A stretch of DNA of 64,000 nt from positions 160,001-224,000 of IMG/VR virus record IMGVR_UViG_3300038443_002533. One strand, written 5' to 3'. Shown piece after piece: positions 44,758-53,766 of the stretch. The notes under the pieces were generated by a model. That model saw only the letters and a list, made by a program, of their open reading frames with translations. It had not been told where the DNA came from and made no database searches. The translations under genes and the position numbers were made by a program. The stretch's first letter is position 1; every line of letters begins with the position of its first letter. The DNA comes from a virus. Lineage: Duplodnaviria; Caudoviricetes.

Positions 44758-45642
44758 ATGCCACGTGACGATAATCCTAAACCCAAGAAGCCGGAAGACT
44801 TGGGGATCCCTTTCAGTCCGGAAGCGCAACGTGAGCTGATCCGGGAACAAGTTAACGAATTAATAGATAAAGCCGCAAAGGAGGCGGTGGACAAGGTCTT
44901 CAAGGAACGTTTTCCCGATAACCCTTACGAACAACCTGCCATCGATCCTGATGCGCCCCGTGCCTATACCAGTGAAGAGGTTGTTGACCAATTCATGGAA
45001 TCCGTAGCACATCGGATTCGCTACTGGCAAACACATCCGAACTGCGGCACGATGGAAGACCGGGTGTCAGGGGTGGTGCATTCGCTATTTGCAATTCTCG
45101 ATGGCCGCACTTTGCCTTTCCCTGCTTTTGACCTTGTGCCGGCGCCATGCGATGGGGATAAAGAGTATCATCTCGAAAAAGGTGAGAACTACTACGATCC
45201 TGAAGCAGTGATTTCAACGAATCTAACCCATCTTCTCTTTCCAAAACTGCATGAACTTTATCCGGATGCAAAACCGGAATCGATGGAGAAACAACTTACA
45301 CCGGAAAAAATGCGTGAAACGTTTGTTGGGCAAGCGATTGATATTGCTGATATTGTATCGCTCACTATACCTGATAAACATGAGGCATGTCAAAAGGTCG
45401 TGCGAGATATGATCAGGTTGATCGATGGTGAATATAGCCCAGGCATCCCACCGTTCATGCTGTTTCCTGCTCCCTCGCGCGAATTTAATCGCAATATGGA
45501 AGAGTACCGTCAACCGACTTGGGGTAATGATATCCCCCTTAACCGTAAAGCGCCGACGTACGGTGCGGAAGATTCGTTGGTGCAAACCTACGATGAAATC
45601 CGTGACCGCCAACACCGAGCAGCACGTGACATGTTCAAGTGA
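44758..45642 (+). CDS. 'AAKDLF' paralog array member 10 (internally duplicated domain)
   Basis: Ends RQHRAARDMFK. Confidence 0.85.
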   Translation: MPRDDNPKPKKPEDLGIPFSPEAQRELIREQVNELIDKAAKEAVDKVFKERFPDNPYEQPAIDPDAPRAYTSEEVVDQFMESVAHRIRYWQTHPNCGTMEDRVSGVVHSLFAILDGRTLPFPAFDLVPAPCDGDKEYHLEKGENYYDPEAVISTNLTHLLFPKLHELYPDAKPESMEKQLTPEKMRETFVGQAIDIADIVSLTIPDKHEACQKVVRDMIRLIDGEYSPGIPPFMLFPAPSREFNRNMEEYRQPTWGNDIPLNRKAPTYGAEDSLVQTYDEIRDRQHRAARDMFK

Positions 45643-45646
45643 CCGA

Positions 45647-45700
45647 GCATAAGCTCCAGCCCCGGTCAGGGGCTGGAGTATGCCGTCTATTCTTTTTTCA
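45647..45700 (+). terminator. GCATA...hairpin...TATGCCG terminator
   Basis: CTCCAGCCCC-GGTCA-GGGGCTGGAG flanked by GCATA/TATGC, then T tract. Confidence 0.8.
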
Positions 45701-45742
45701 CCCGTGGAGACTATTCTACGACACCACTTACCCACCCTTATC

Positions 45743-46312
45743 ATGCCAATCGCCATCTATCGCCACTTCAAACTGACCGTGGCTGTTTCGCGTCGAATGA
45801 CGCCCGTCGTTCTGAGCTTACACCGCCGTCGTTTCAAGTCGCTATACATGGAACAAAACAAAGAGGGTGTGTGGGTCACGCGTGTGGACTTTCACCACCT
45901 GTCGCGCTACCGGGATCAACCGATCACCAAACGTGAAGCGTGGGAATTCCAAAACGGCACGTTCTCCTTCATTCAAGAACACTACCGTCGGGAACATTGC
46001 ATTCACACTTGCTCGACGATCGTACCGCCGGCCAGTACCGTGGTGTGGACAGAGAACGGTCAAATCCGACCCATCCATGATCAGTTTGAAACTGAGATCT
46101 CGGCAATGGTTGCGGCACAGCGGTATTTGCATCACCACAAACCCAACCCGTACGACTTCATGATCGCGCAACTCGATCTGAATCCCAACACTTCACCCCG
46201 TCAACCCACGGTCACCTCGACGTTGTTGCCACCACTAGAAATGGTGGAAATCAATGCCCAGGTCGACCGCAGTGAGAACTCGGAAAAATGGGCTCAACTC
46301 TTTCTCGACTGA
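45743..46312 (+). CDS. hypothetical phage protein
   Basis: Start reassigned to ATG 45743 because ATG 45680 lies in the terminator. Confidence 0.7.
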   Translation: MPIAIYRHFKLTVAVSRRMTPVVLSLHRRRFKSLYMEQNKEGVWVTRVDFHHLSRYRDQPITKREAWEFQNGTFSFIQEHYRREHCIHTCSTIVPPASTVVWTENGQIRPIHDQFETEISAMVAAQRYLHHHKPNPYDFMIAQLDLNPNTSPRQPTVTSTLLPPLEMVEINAQVDRSENSEKWAQLFLD

Positions 46313-46737
46313 ACGACGATTTCGTGGAACTGTCCGATGCCGATTATCGCCGCTCGGTAGATCATCTTATCCTGATGGATGTGAGTGACATTTTGGAACA
46401 GATGCACGCCACCATCTTAGCTTACGGGGAGAAACCCGCGTATGAGAACCTCCAGTATGGTAGTATCGGCGCCTTCTTGTTTGACCTCTACCATGAGGTG
46501 GGGTATCTCCCCAATGGGAACCGGGGCGTCACCCAAAACATTCGTGACGTGTTGGACACAGCGCCCCAGTACTTCGACTGCCCCGAACTTACACCACTCC
46601 AGCGTCAGTGTTGGTATGTGGTGATGCAACAAATGGTGGATCGCTTTGTGGAGTTTCGGATGTATGACGCCAGCCACGTTCATGCCTTCGATTTTCACGA
46701 TTACCGAAATGGTACGCTGTATTTAAAACTACCTTAA
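46288..46737 (+). CDS. hypothetical protein, dispersed 'GLY' family
   Basis: FVEFRMYDASHVHAFDFHDYRNGTLYL. Confidence 0.8.
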   Translation: MGSTLSRLNDDFVELSDADYRRSVDHLILMDVSDILEQMHATILAYGEKPAYENLQYGSIGAFLFDLYHEVGYLPNGNRGVTQNIRDVLDTAPQYFDCPELTPLQRQCWYVVMQQMVDRFVEFRMYDASHVHAFDFHDYRNGTLYLKLP

Positions 46738-46739
46738 AC

Positions 46740-47189
46740 ATGACCCAACAACACATTTACGTGATCGACATTCATCGCGAGATCGAGCGGTTTCGGACCT
46801 ACCACGCTGGGTATGCCAATCCGCAAGTCCCGGTGTCGCTCCAAACCGAATACATCCACATGGTGGTGGAACAGATGATCGCCCACTTCGAGGTTGAAGC
46901 TGTAGCGGTGGAATCGTTCATCAACCATTACACCCTACTCATCACCGACTCCACCGTCTCGCCCCTCTTCAAATACCATCCCTTGAAGTTCCTGCGTCAG
47001 ATGGACAACGCGGGGTATCAACACTACCTGTACTGCCTGTATGGATTTGCGGAAGAGATCTTCCGTCTCTTGCAATCCCACGGGATGTTCAATGAGCGTG
47101 GCATCATTCGGGCTAGTTATCAACACGTCACGCAAGACTCGCTCTATCTCATCATTCGGCCGGAGGTCTCTCATGTCTTTCTCAGCTGA
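46740..47189 (+). CDS. hypothetical protein, dispersed 'GLY' family
   Basis: LLQSHGMFNERGIIRASYQHVTQDSLYL. Confidence 0.8.
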   Translation: MTQQHIYVIDIHREIERFRTYHAGYANPQVPVSLQTEYIHMVVEQMIAHFEVEAVAVESFINHYTLLITDSTVSPLFKYHPLKFLRQMDNAGYQHYLYCLYGFAEEIFRLLQSHGMFNERGIIRASYQHVTQDSLYLIIRPEVSHVFLS

Positions 47190-47679
47190 TCCCATCTTTA
47201 AGAGTGTCACTGGCGTACCGAGTTATCCGCTACTGGATGGCCACTACTACTTGGTGGACGCTACGTACGCCCTCAACGAGTATTACCGCACGCCGTTCCA
47301 TGTCCGGATGCATTTGCTGGGTGAAGGGGCGGAGTTGACCGAGTACGACATGGCGGATGTGGAACTCACCGAACTCGTCCCCTGCATCAATGACATCAGA
47401 AGTTGTGAAGATGAGCTGTCCAAGCACGTCGAACACTTGCTCGATGAAGGCGTCGAGATCGTAATCTCCGATATGGAGAACTGCGGGGTGCCAGTTCAAG
47501 ACGGACAACTCATCCCAAATACCCAAGAACAGATCCAGCACGCGCAAGCCACTTACGAACTCGGGCACCGTTTACGCGAACTGTTCATGAGCCACGGGCT
47601 GTATGACAAGTACGGCGAATTGGTGGCAGAATACACCGGCCTCTTAGAGAATGGTTTGATTGCACTGCGGCGTAGGTAA
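47173..47679 (+). CDS. hypothetical protein, dispersed 'GLY' family
   Basis: LFMSHGLYDKYGELVAEYTGLLENGLIAL; start at ATG 47173 after GGAGG. Confidence 0.8.
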   Translation: MSFSADPIFKSVTGVPSYPLLDGHYYLVDATYALNEYYRTPFHVRMHLLGEGAELTEYDMADVELTELVPCINDIRSCEDELSKHVEHLLDEGVEIVISDMENCGVPVQDGQLIPNTQEQIQHAQATYELGHRLRELFMSHGLYDKYGELVAEYTGLLENGLIALRRR

Positions 47680-47689
47680 GATACTATGT

Positions 47690-48020
47690 ACAATACACTG
47701 CCCTAGTGCAACTTACCGTGTCACACTAAGGGGGAAAGGTGTGCGAAAATTAACCGTGCTGAGGTAACTTCGGGAGAACTCGCTTAACCCGCTGGGATAT
47801 GGGGCGGAAGAAAACGCACGAACGGTACGGGTGATAAGACATCACCAAGTTGTTAGGAGGGGTTTTCGGTCGAGTGCATGCACGCGTCAATCCGAATAGC
47901 AGCCGTGAGCTGGATTGCTTGAACAGTCAAGCTCACGGGTGTAAATGACCCACAGTCAGGTACACTTGACGTTGGTATCGAGATCGGTTGGTTCAGAACT
48001 CGGGTATTGATGGCAGAGGT
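47690..48020 (+). ncRNA. putative structured ncRNA (~330 nt), possibly RNase P RNA-like
   Basis: ORF-free; TATG motif at 47685; P4-like helix 47767-47774/47999-48005; 8-bp stem 47903-47910/47931-47938; terminator at 48056-48081. Confidence 0.45.
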
Positions 48021-48154
48021 TCTTTTGCGTTGTTTCCTTATGTGATATGCTTTCGCCCATGGATCCTGCGGGGTCCATGGGTCTTTTTATGCCGTTTTTT
48101 CTTTTGGCTATTGTTATGAAGCACTCTATACCCCTCGACTGAAAAGAGACCCAC

Positions 48155-49684
48155 ATGAGAAAGTTTTCCTACAAAGCCCCCGAGCCCCAGGCGCCGGTGG
48201 TACCCGCGCAACCGCAGTTGTCGCTGGAAGAGCAGGCCATCTTGCAAGACGAACAAAATGAGGTGGTCGCTAAGCTGGATGAACAAAACGATGACATCGA
48301 CCGCCTGGTGGACACCGACGCCAGCATCCAAGACACCGTCCTGATCGTCGACCAAACGCCCGAACTCGGCGTGGTGGAACAAGCCCTGGTGGGCGCGGTA
48401 GCGGATGCAGCCGTGGCCGGCACCGACGCGGAACCTGAACAAGTCATCAGCGCCACGCCGGAAGGCTTGGCCAGTGAAAGCTTTGTTTCGGAAACTCTGG
48501 AACGCCTGAAGAAGATCTGGGAAAAGATCAAGGAATACTTGATCAACGCCTGGAAGTCGCTGGTGGAATATCTGGCAGGCGAAAAGCGTCAAATCGAAGC
48601 CGTGCAGAAAGAAGCCGAGAAGGTCGAAGCCTTCCTCGAAGAAAACAAGGCGATCCTGCAACTCGAATACGTGCCCAATCACCCGATCTTGCTGGGCCAT
48701 GATCCGGCGGTGAAAGAACGTGCTGACGCCAAGAAAGCGCAAGATCAAGCGGACTACGATAAGCGGGTGGCTGACGAAGCCCAGGCCAAGGCGGACTCCG
48801 AACAACGTGGTGAAGAAGAGCGCAAGGCCAAGATCGAACACGCCCTGGCCGAGCTGCGCAACAAAATCGCCAGCCATCATTTCCAGTTCAAGGGCAACGT
48901 CAGCCTGATCTCGACCACGAGTGGCGTGCCGAAAGACTTCGAGAAGGAAGTGGTGAATCTGTCCAGCTACGCCCAGCAAGTCCACAAGGCCATCGGCCAG
49001 ACCCTGCGCGAACTGTGCCACGCCTTTGACGATGTGCTGGGTAAGTTCGACAGCGCATCCCCGCAAGCGGCGATTCCGGGCTTTGTGGATCGTTTCCACA
49101 AAGACTTCGAGGTGCTGGGTCGCGCCATCGGCGAGATGAAGAACCATGACGGTCTGCTGCGCGCGCACACCCGGGTCCCCCTTCTGGGTCAGTTCGATGT
49201 GGAAATCACGGACGAGAAGAAAGAAGGCGACGTTAAGCTGGCAGCCACCCTCGGCGCAGTCGGCCGTGCCGCCATGAAAGTCTCGTATGGCACTGGCAAG
49301 AAAGAAGGTGACGTACCGCTGCTGCCGGAACTGCTGCAACCGGTTACAACGGCCACCATCAAGAAGTGGGCCGAGTTCCAACTGGGCCATGACGCCGTGG
49401 GTCTGGAAAACACGCTGAAAGAGTACGGTGAGAAGTTCGTGCCGAAACTGGACCGTCTGGTGCAAGTCCAGCAATCGGTCAAAGGCGTGGCCGACGAGAA
49501 CGAATCGTATCACGTCATCCAAGGTTTGATCAACGTCTGCCGTGGCCTGGACAAGATGATCATCGAGTTCACCCTCAAGTATGGCTCGTCCGTCCGCAAC
49601 ATCATGCAAAGCGCGCTGCGTTACCAACACGAAGCCGCCCAAGAACGCATTCGCCTCTACAAAGAAGCGGTCGCCAGCATCTAA
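48155..49684 (+). CDS. phiKZ-like internal head protein
   Basis: Acidic propeptide LSLEE...GLASES followed by FVSETLERLKKIWEKIKEYLINAWK helix. Confidence 0.8.
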   Translation: MRKFSYKAPEPQAPVVPAQPQLSLEEQAILQDEQNEVVAKLDEQNDDIDRLVDTDASIQDTVLIVDQTPELGVVEQALVGAVADAAVAGTDAEPEQVISATPEGLASESFVSETLERLKKIWEKIKEYLINAWKSLVEYLAGEKRQIEAVQKEAEKVEAFLEENKAILQLEYVPNHPILLGHDPAVKERADAKKAQDQADYDKRVADEAQAKADSEQRGEEERKAKIEHALAELRNKIASHHFQFKGNVSLISTTSGVPKDFEKEVVNLSSYAQQVHKAIGQTLRELCHAFDDVLGKFDSASPQAAIPGFVDRFHKDFEVLGRAIGEMKNHDGLLRAHTRVPLLGQFDVEITDEKKEGDVKLAATLGAVGRAAMKVSYGTGKKEGDVPLLPELLQPVTTATIKKWAEFQLGHDAVGLENTLKEYGEKFVPKLDRLVQVQQSVKGVADENESYHVIQGLINVCRGLDKMIIEFTLKYGSSVRNIMQSALRYQHEAAQERIRLYKEAVASI

Positions 49685-49738
49685 TCCTTGTGCCCCTTGG
49701 CTACGGCCAAGGGGTCTTTCTTTTTTTGAAAGTGTATT

Positions 49739-51115
49739 ATGCAACGTCATTTCAAACCGCTGCCCGTACCAGTACCTACGCTGGAGTTGTCACTGGAAGA
49801 AGAAGCCATTCTGACCGATGAAGTTCGCCAGAACGAAAACGAACTGGAACAACAGGCAAACGACGTCGATCAACTGGGTGACATCATCGTTACCATGGGG
49901 GACGTACAGACCGTCGTGTCCAACACCCCCGAAATAAAAGCCATCGACCAAGCGCTGGTTGGCGCGACTGCCGATGCCGCTGTAGCGGGTACGGATGCCG
50001 ATCCGGAAGATCTCGTCGGTAGCATGCTGCCCGACGAAGGCGTCAGCGCCGAGAGCTTCGTGCAGTCCATCAAAGACACGCTGGTCAAGATGTGGGAATC
50101 GATCAAGTCGGTCATCAGCAAAATGTGGGACCACATCAAGACGTTCTTCCAGAACATCGCTAACTTCTTTAACGGCACCAAGCGCCGGATCAAGAAGCTG
50201 CAAGGTATCTTGCATGACAACTCTTTGTCGGGCGCGGCTGTACTCGAAGATGACAAATTCAAAGGCAACCCAGCCTATCTGCTCATCCCCAACCGAAACG
50301 GACGCCAAAACGGCGGGGTGGCGTTCAGTGCGCCTCACTCGGTCAAAGAGGAGTACGAGGCGTTTGCCGAAGTCGCCATGAACACCTGCGTCTGGCTGAC
50401 CGCTGGCGGCCGTGATCTGATGCAAGTCACGGGTAAGATGGGTGAGAAGTTCAAGAACGTCTCTGACATGGAAGCGGACTATTCGGGCCTCGTGAAAGAG
50501 GTTCAGGATGGTTTGGCGGAGCTGGACAAAGCACTGCGGGTGGGTTACAAGAACACCGGCGGCAACAGCGAACGCTCTGGCCACGCGCTGATGGGTGGTC
50601 TGCATTTCAGTGGTCTGGGGATTGAAAATAGTGGCAGCACCCTGACCAAGACGCTGGAATTCCTGAACCAGATGAAATACAAGGTCGAGTCGGAAGTCGC
50701 CGAGAACCCGAAGACGTATGTCGTGCGGCTTACCGGCAAAGTCGACGACGTCAAGGCCATGCTCAAAACGGCCGAAGAATGGGTGCAGATGGGCGAAGCC
50801 AAGAAGATCATGTTCGAGACCTTGGTAAAGCAAGCCGAGACGGCGCGCAGCCAGATCGACAACGGGCTGAAAGGGTTGAAAGAGCAAGACCAGCTTACGC
50901 CGGAACGCAATCGTGAACTGAAACTCATGATCTCGCTCAACGGCAAAATCAACTCGATCGTTACCAAGACCATCTCGGGCATCGTGACTCATGGCACCCA
51001 CGTCACCAACGCGGTGCTGGACTACTCGATCGAGTCGGTGGAATCGATGATGGGGGTTACGAAGACGGGCGGTATCCATAAGGGGCCGGCAAATCCTTTC
51101 CCGAAAACAGCTTGA
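49739..51115 (+). CDS. phiKZ-like internal head protein (paralog)
   Basis: LSLEE...ADAAVAGTDA...GVSAES-FVQSIKDTLVKMWESIK. Confidence 0.85.
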   Translation: MQRHFKPLPVPVPTLELSLEEEAILTDEVRQNENELEQQANDVDQLGDIIVTMGDVQTVVSNTPEIKAIDQALVGATADAAVAGTDADPEDLVGSMLPDEGVSAESFVQSIKDTLVKMWESIKSVISKMWDHIKTFFQNIANFFNGTKRRIKKLQGILHDNSLSGAAVLEDDKFKGNPAYLLIPNRNGRQNGGVAFSAPHSVKEEYEAFAEVAMNTCVWLTAGGRDLMQVTGKMGEKFKNVSDMEADYSGLVKEVQDGLAELDKALRVGYKNTGGNSERSGHALMGGLHFSGLGIENSGSTLTKTLEFLNQMKYKVESEVAENPKTYVVRLTGKVDDVKAMLKTAEEWVQMGEAKKIMFETLVKQAETARSQIDNGLKGLKEQDQLTPERNRELKLMISLNGKINSIVTKTISGIVTHGTHVTNAVLDYSIESVESMMGVTKTGGIHKGPANPFPKTA

Positions 51116-51160
51116 CCGCATAGCTCCCGCTCCCCTTCGGGGTAGCGGGAGTATGTTCGT

Positions 51161-51517
51161 CTATTTCTTTTTTGGCCACACGGGCAGGGGTACCGATTTG
51201 CCAGCGAGATGGTGCGGGCTATCGGTACAGTATTCAATGCGGCCTTCGACAATAAAGTAGTGGCACGTCGTGTACGACACGCGTCGTTCGCGTTCTTCTA
51301 AGTTACGGGGTGCGTTGGAGCTGATCCGCATCGAGGGGTAGAACGAGGGTTGTTGGTAATCGTGGTTGAATGTCCAACCGATATTTTCATGGAACAGGGT
51401 GTATTGGTGTACCTCATCGCACGCTGGGCATAGGTGGCAGTAATACCAGCGCTTATTAAAATCGTTAAAAAAGCGCCGTAGATACGGGCCCACTTGTTCC
51501 ATCTCATCATATCCCAT
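51161..51517 (-). CDS. small Cys/His protein (DUF6527-like)
   Basis: CHLCPACDEVH...WTFN...PSFYPS...CHYFIVEGRIEYCTDSPHHLAG. Confidence 0.75.
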   Translation of the reverse strand: MGYDEMEQVGPYLRRFFNDFNKRWYYCHLCPACDEVHQYTLFHENIGWTFNHDYQQPSFYPSMRISSNAPRNLEERERRVSYTTCHYFIVEGRIEYCTDSPHHLAGKSVPLPVWPKKK

Positions 51518-51616
51518 CGTTTTCCCCTTTGCGGTTTTTTAGGCAAAGCCCCTCATAGTTTTTGAACAGCATAGTCGCCTCTCTAGGACCAACCGGTCCT
51601 AGAGAGGGCTATGGGC

Positions 51617-53668
51617 TTACCACCGCAGTGATGCAGGCTGGGTAATACTGGGTTCCACCAGCTCAGTAAATCCTTCTTGACTGAGCAAATACGTCAAGAC
51701 TTCGATCCCTTCGGTGGCCAGTTGATTCTCATCCACCGCAATCCCGAGAATCGTTTCGACTTGTTTCCGGCTCCAGTCGAGAATGTCATCCGAGCGGGTC
51801 GACAGATTCGGCTCGTTACCGGTGTCGAGCGTGACGGTGACGAACTTGATCGAACCATCTTGTCCTACTCGGTCGATCCGCGCCTCGGTTTGATCCAATT
51901 CTCCCGAACGGAACGGTCGGTTCATCATCATCGCGGTCGATGCCATGATAAGCGGGACTGCCGTCGAGAGCGATTGGAAGGTCGCGATCAAGGGATTGGC
52001 GTCTTCCATCTTGTCGAACGTATTGATGATGTTCGGCAGATCATGGTTGGTGAGACCATACACCCGCAATGGATTGTAACCTTTCTCCTTGAGGATGTCA
52101 TGGATCCGATCCACCACTTCGATGTAACTCGTAAAGATCACGGTCTTCTTGCGGGCACTGTCGATCACGGTTTCGTAATCCACATGACTGGCCAGATCCA
52201 GGTTACATTGCATCCGCCGTTTGCCCAGAATCCGCCCGAGCGCTTCGCCTTGGACTTTGAGCTTGTAATACTTGACCACCGACTTGGCGTTACGGAATTG
52301 ATCCTTGAGCGGCTGGACGAGATGGGCGATGATTTCCTTCTCGTAAGCGTTACAGAACTTCGATTCTTCTTTCATGGTCTCCGGGTCGTAGTTCTGGCGA
52401 ATCATCGTCACGTACCGCTTATACGTGCCGTAGCGGGCTTCTTGATGGGGATCATGGCGAATGATGTTTTCCCACACCCCAAGACCGGCGAAATAGTCTT
52501 GTTCGTACTTCTTGAAGTTGGTGCGGTAGTATTCCATCCGCTCCGCCACGAACTCACGCATCTCCAGCGACACCGCTTGCAGTGTGTATTGCTTCCCGTT
52601 GGGGATCTTGATCGGCAAGTCTTCGCGGGTGATCTCATTCTGGATGACCTTGGCCTTGGTCACGCGGTGCACCAGATAACCCAGACGGTTGGCCAGGATA
52701 TCCAAACCTTTCGAACTGGACTTACCAAAGATCGCGATGAAGCGTTCTTCTGCGTTGCGGTCAAAGAACGGGTCGATGGTCTTCAACAGCGGCACCACTT
52801 CTTTACCGATGGCCTTAATCGGGGTCCCTGACATCCATAGTACATGCTGGGCCTTGAGCGACTCGCGACAGAGTTCGATGAACAAGCGCGTGCGCAACGA
52901 ATCGATCTCGTTCATGTTGTGCGATTCATCCAGGATCACCGTGGGTTTGCGTCCTTGGTACGTCTTGAAGAATTCCACCGCCCGATCGAGTTGCTCGTAA
53001 TGGAACACGTAAAAGCGTTTGCCCATCACCAGCGGTTCGTTCGACGAGGATACCCAGAATGGCACCGGGGTCTTGTAAATCGTAGCCAACGTCGCAGCCC
53101 ACACCCGGTCCAATGCATTCTTCGGGGAGATCACCACCGTGCAATCCGAGTCGAGGCATTCCGACCACGCAATCGAGTTGATGGTCTTACCTGTGCCGGG
53201 ATCGGCAGCCAGCATATAGCCTTGCAGATTGAACTGCGGCACCTTCTCGTTGTAGGTGTGCAGGAACCCCATCTGGGTGTCAAACAGCGTCGCGGTCAGC
53301 CGGTTGAGGTTATGGAAGTTCAAGATGTCCGGGAAACGCTCTGTGGTGCGTTTAAACCAGGTTTCCCGACGCAATTCTTCCGCGGCCTTACGGATGGCCC
53401 GGTAATTGTAATTCCCGCCCCTGGGCGTTTCTAAAATACTTTCCAGTGTGTAGATGACTTCCGGCAGAAAGAACTTGTGGAAGACCACGTACGAACTGGT
53501 GATTTTGCTGAACATGTTCAGCCCGATCTTGGAGGTGCGCCAGATGCGCGCCAAGTCGTTGGTGTATTGGTAAGTGGGCAAGCCTTCGATCCGGATGAAG
53601 TTCCCTTCTTCCGAGACATGAATCGTGCCAATCATTTTGCGCAAGTTGCTCAGCAACATCCTTGCCAC
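51617..53668 (-). CDS. SF2 (SNF2-like) helicase
   Basis: Walker A AADPGTGKT, DESH, MSGTP, motif VI QTEARIDRVGQ. Confidence 0.9.
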   Translation of the reverse strand: MARMLLSNLRKMIGTIHVSEEGNFIRIEGLPTYQYTNDLARIWRTSKIGLNMFSKITSSYVVFHKFFLPEVIYTLESILETPRGGNYNYRAIRKAAEELRRETWFKRTTERFPDILNFHNLNRLTATLFDTQMGFLHTYNEKVPQFNLQGYMLAADPGTGKTINSIAWSECLDSDCTVVISPKNALDRVWAATLATIYKTPVPFWVSSSNEPLVMGKRFYVFHYEQLDRAVEFFKTYQGRKPTVILDESHNMNEIDSLRTRLFIELCRESLKAQHVLWMSGTPIKAIGKEVVPLLKTIDPFFDRNAEERFIAIFGKSSSKGLDILANRLGYLVHRVTKAKVIQNEITREDLPIKIPNGKQYTLQAVSLEMREFVAERMEYYRTNFKKYEQDYFAGLGVWENIIRHDPHQEARYGTYKRYVTMIRQNYDPETMKEESKFCNAYEKEIIAHLVQPLKDQFRNAKSVVKYYKLKVQGEALGRILGKRRMQCNLDLASHVDYETVIDSARKKTVIFTSYIEVVDRIHDILKEKGYNPLRVYGLTNHDLPNIINTFDKMEDANPLIATFQSLSTAVPLIMASTAMMMNRPFRSGELDQTEARIDRVGQDGSIKFVTVTLDTGNEPNLSTRSDDILDWSRKQVETILGIAVDENQLATEGIEVLTYLLSQEGFTELVEPSITQPASLRW

Positions 53669-53766
53669 CCTTGGAAGTATTTTTTAGTTAAAAACAGAGT
53701 GACATATAACACCCACTCTCTAGCCACACAATAGGCTAGAGAGTGGGGTGGGTGCTGCGTAGGAAC

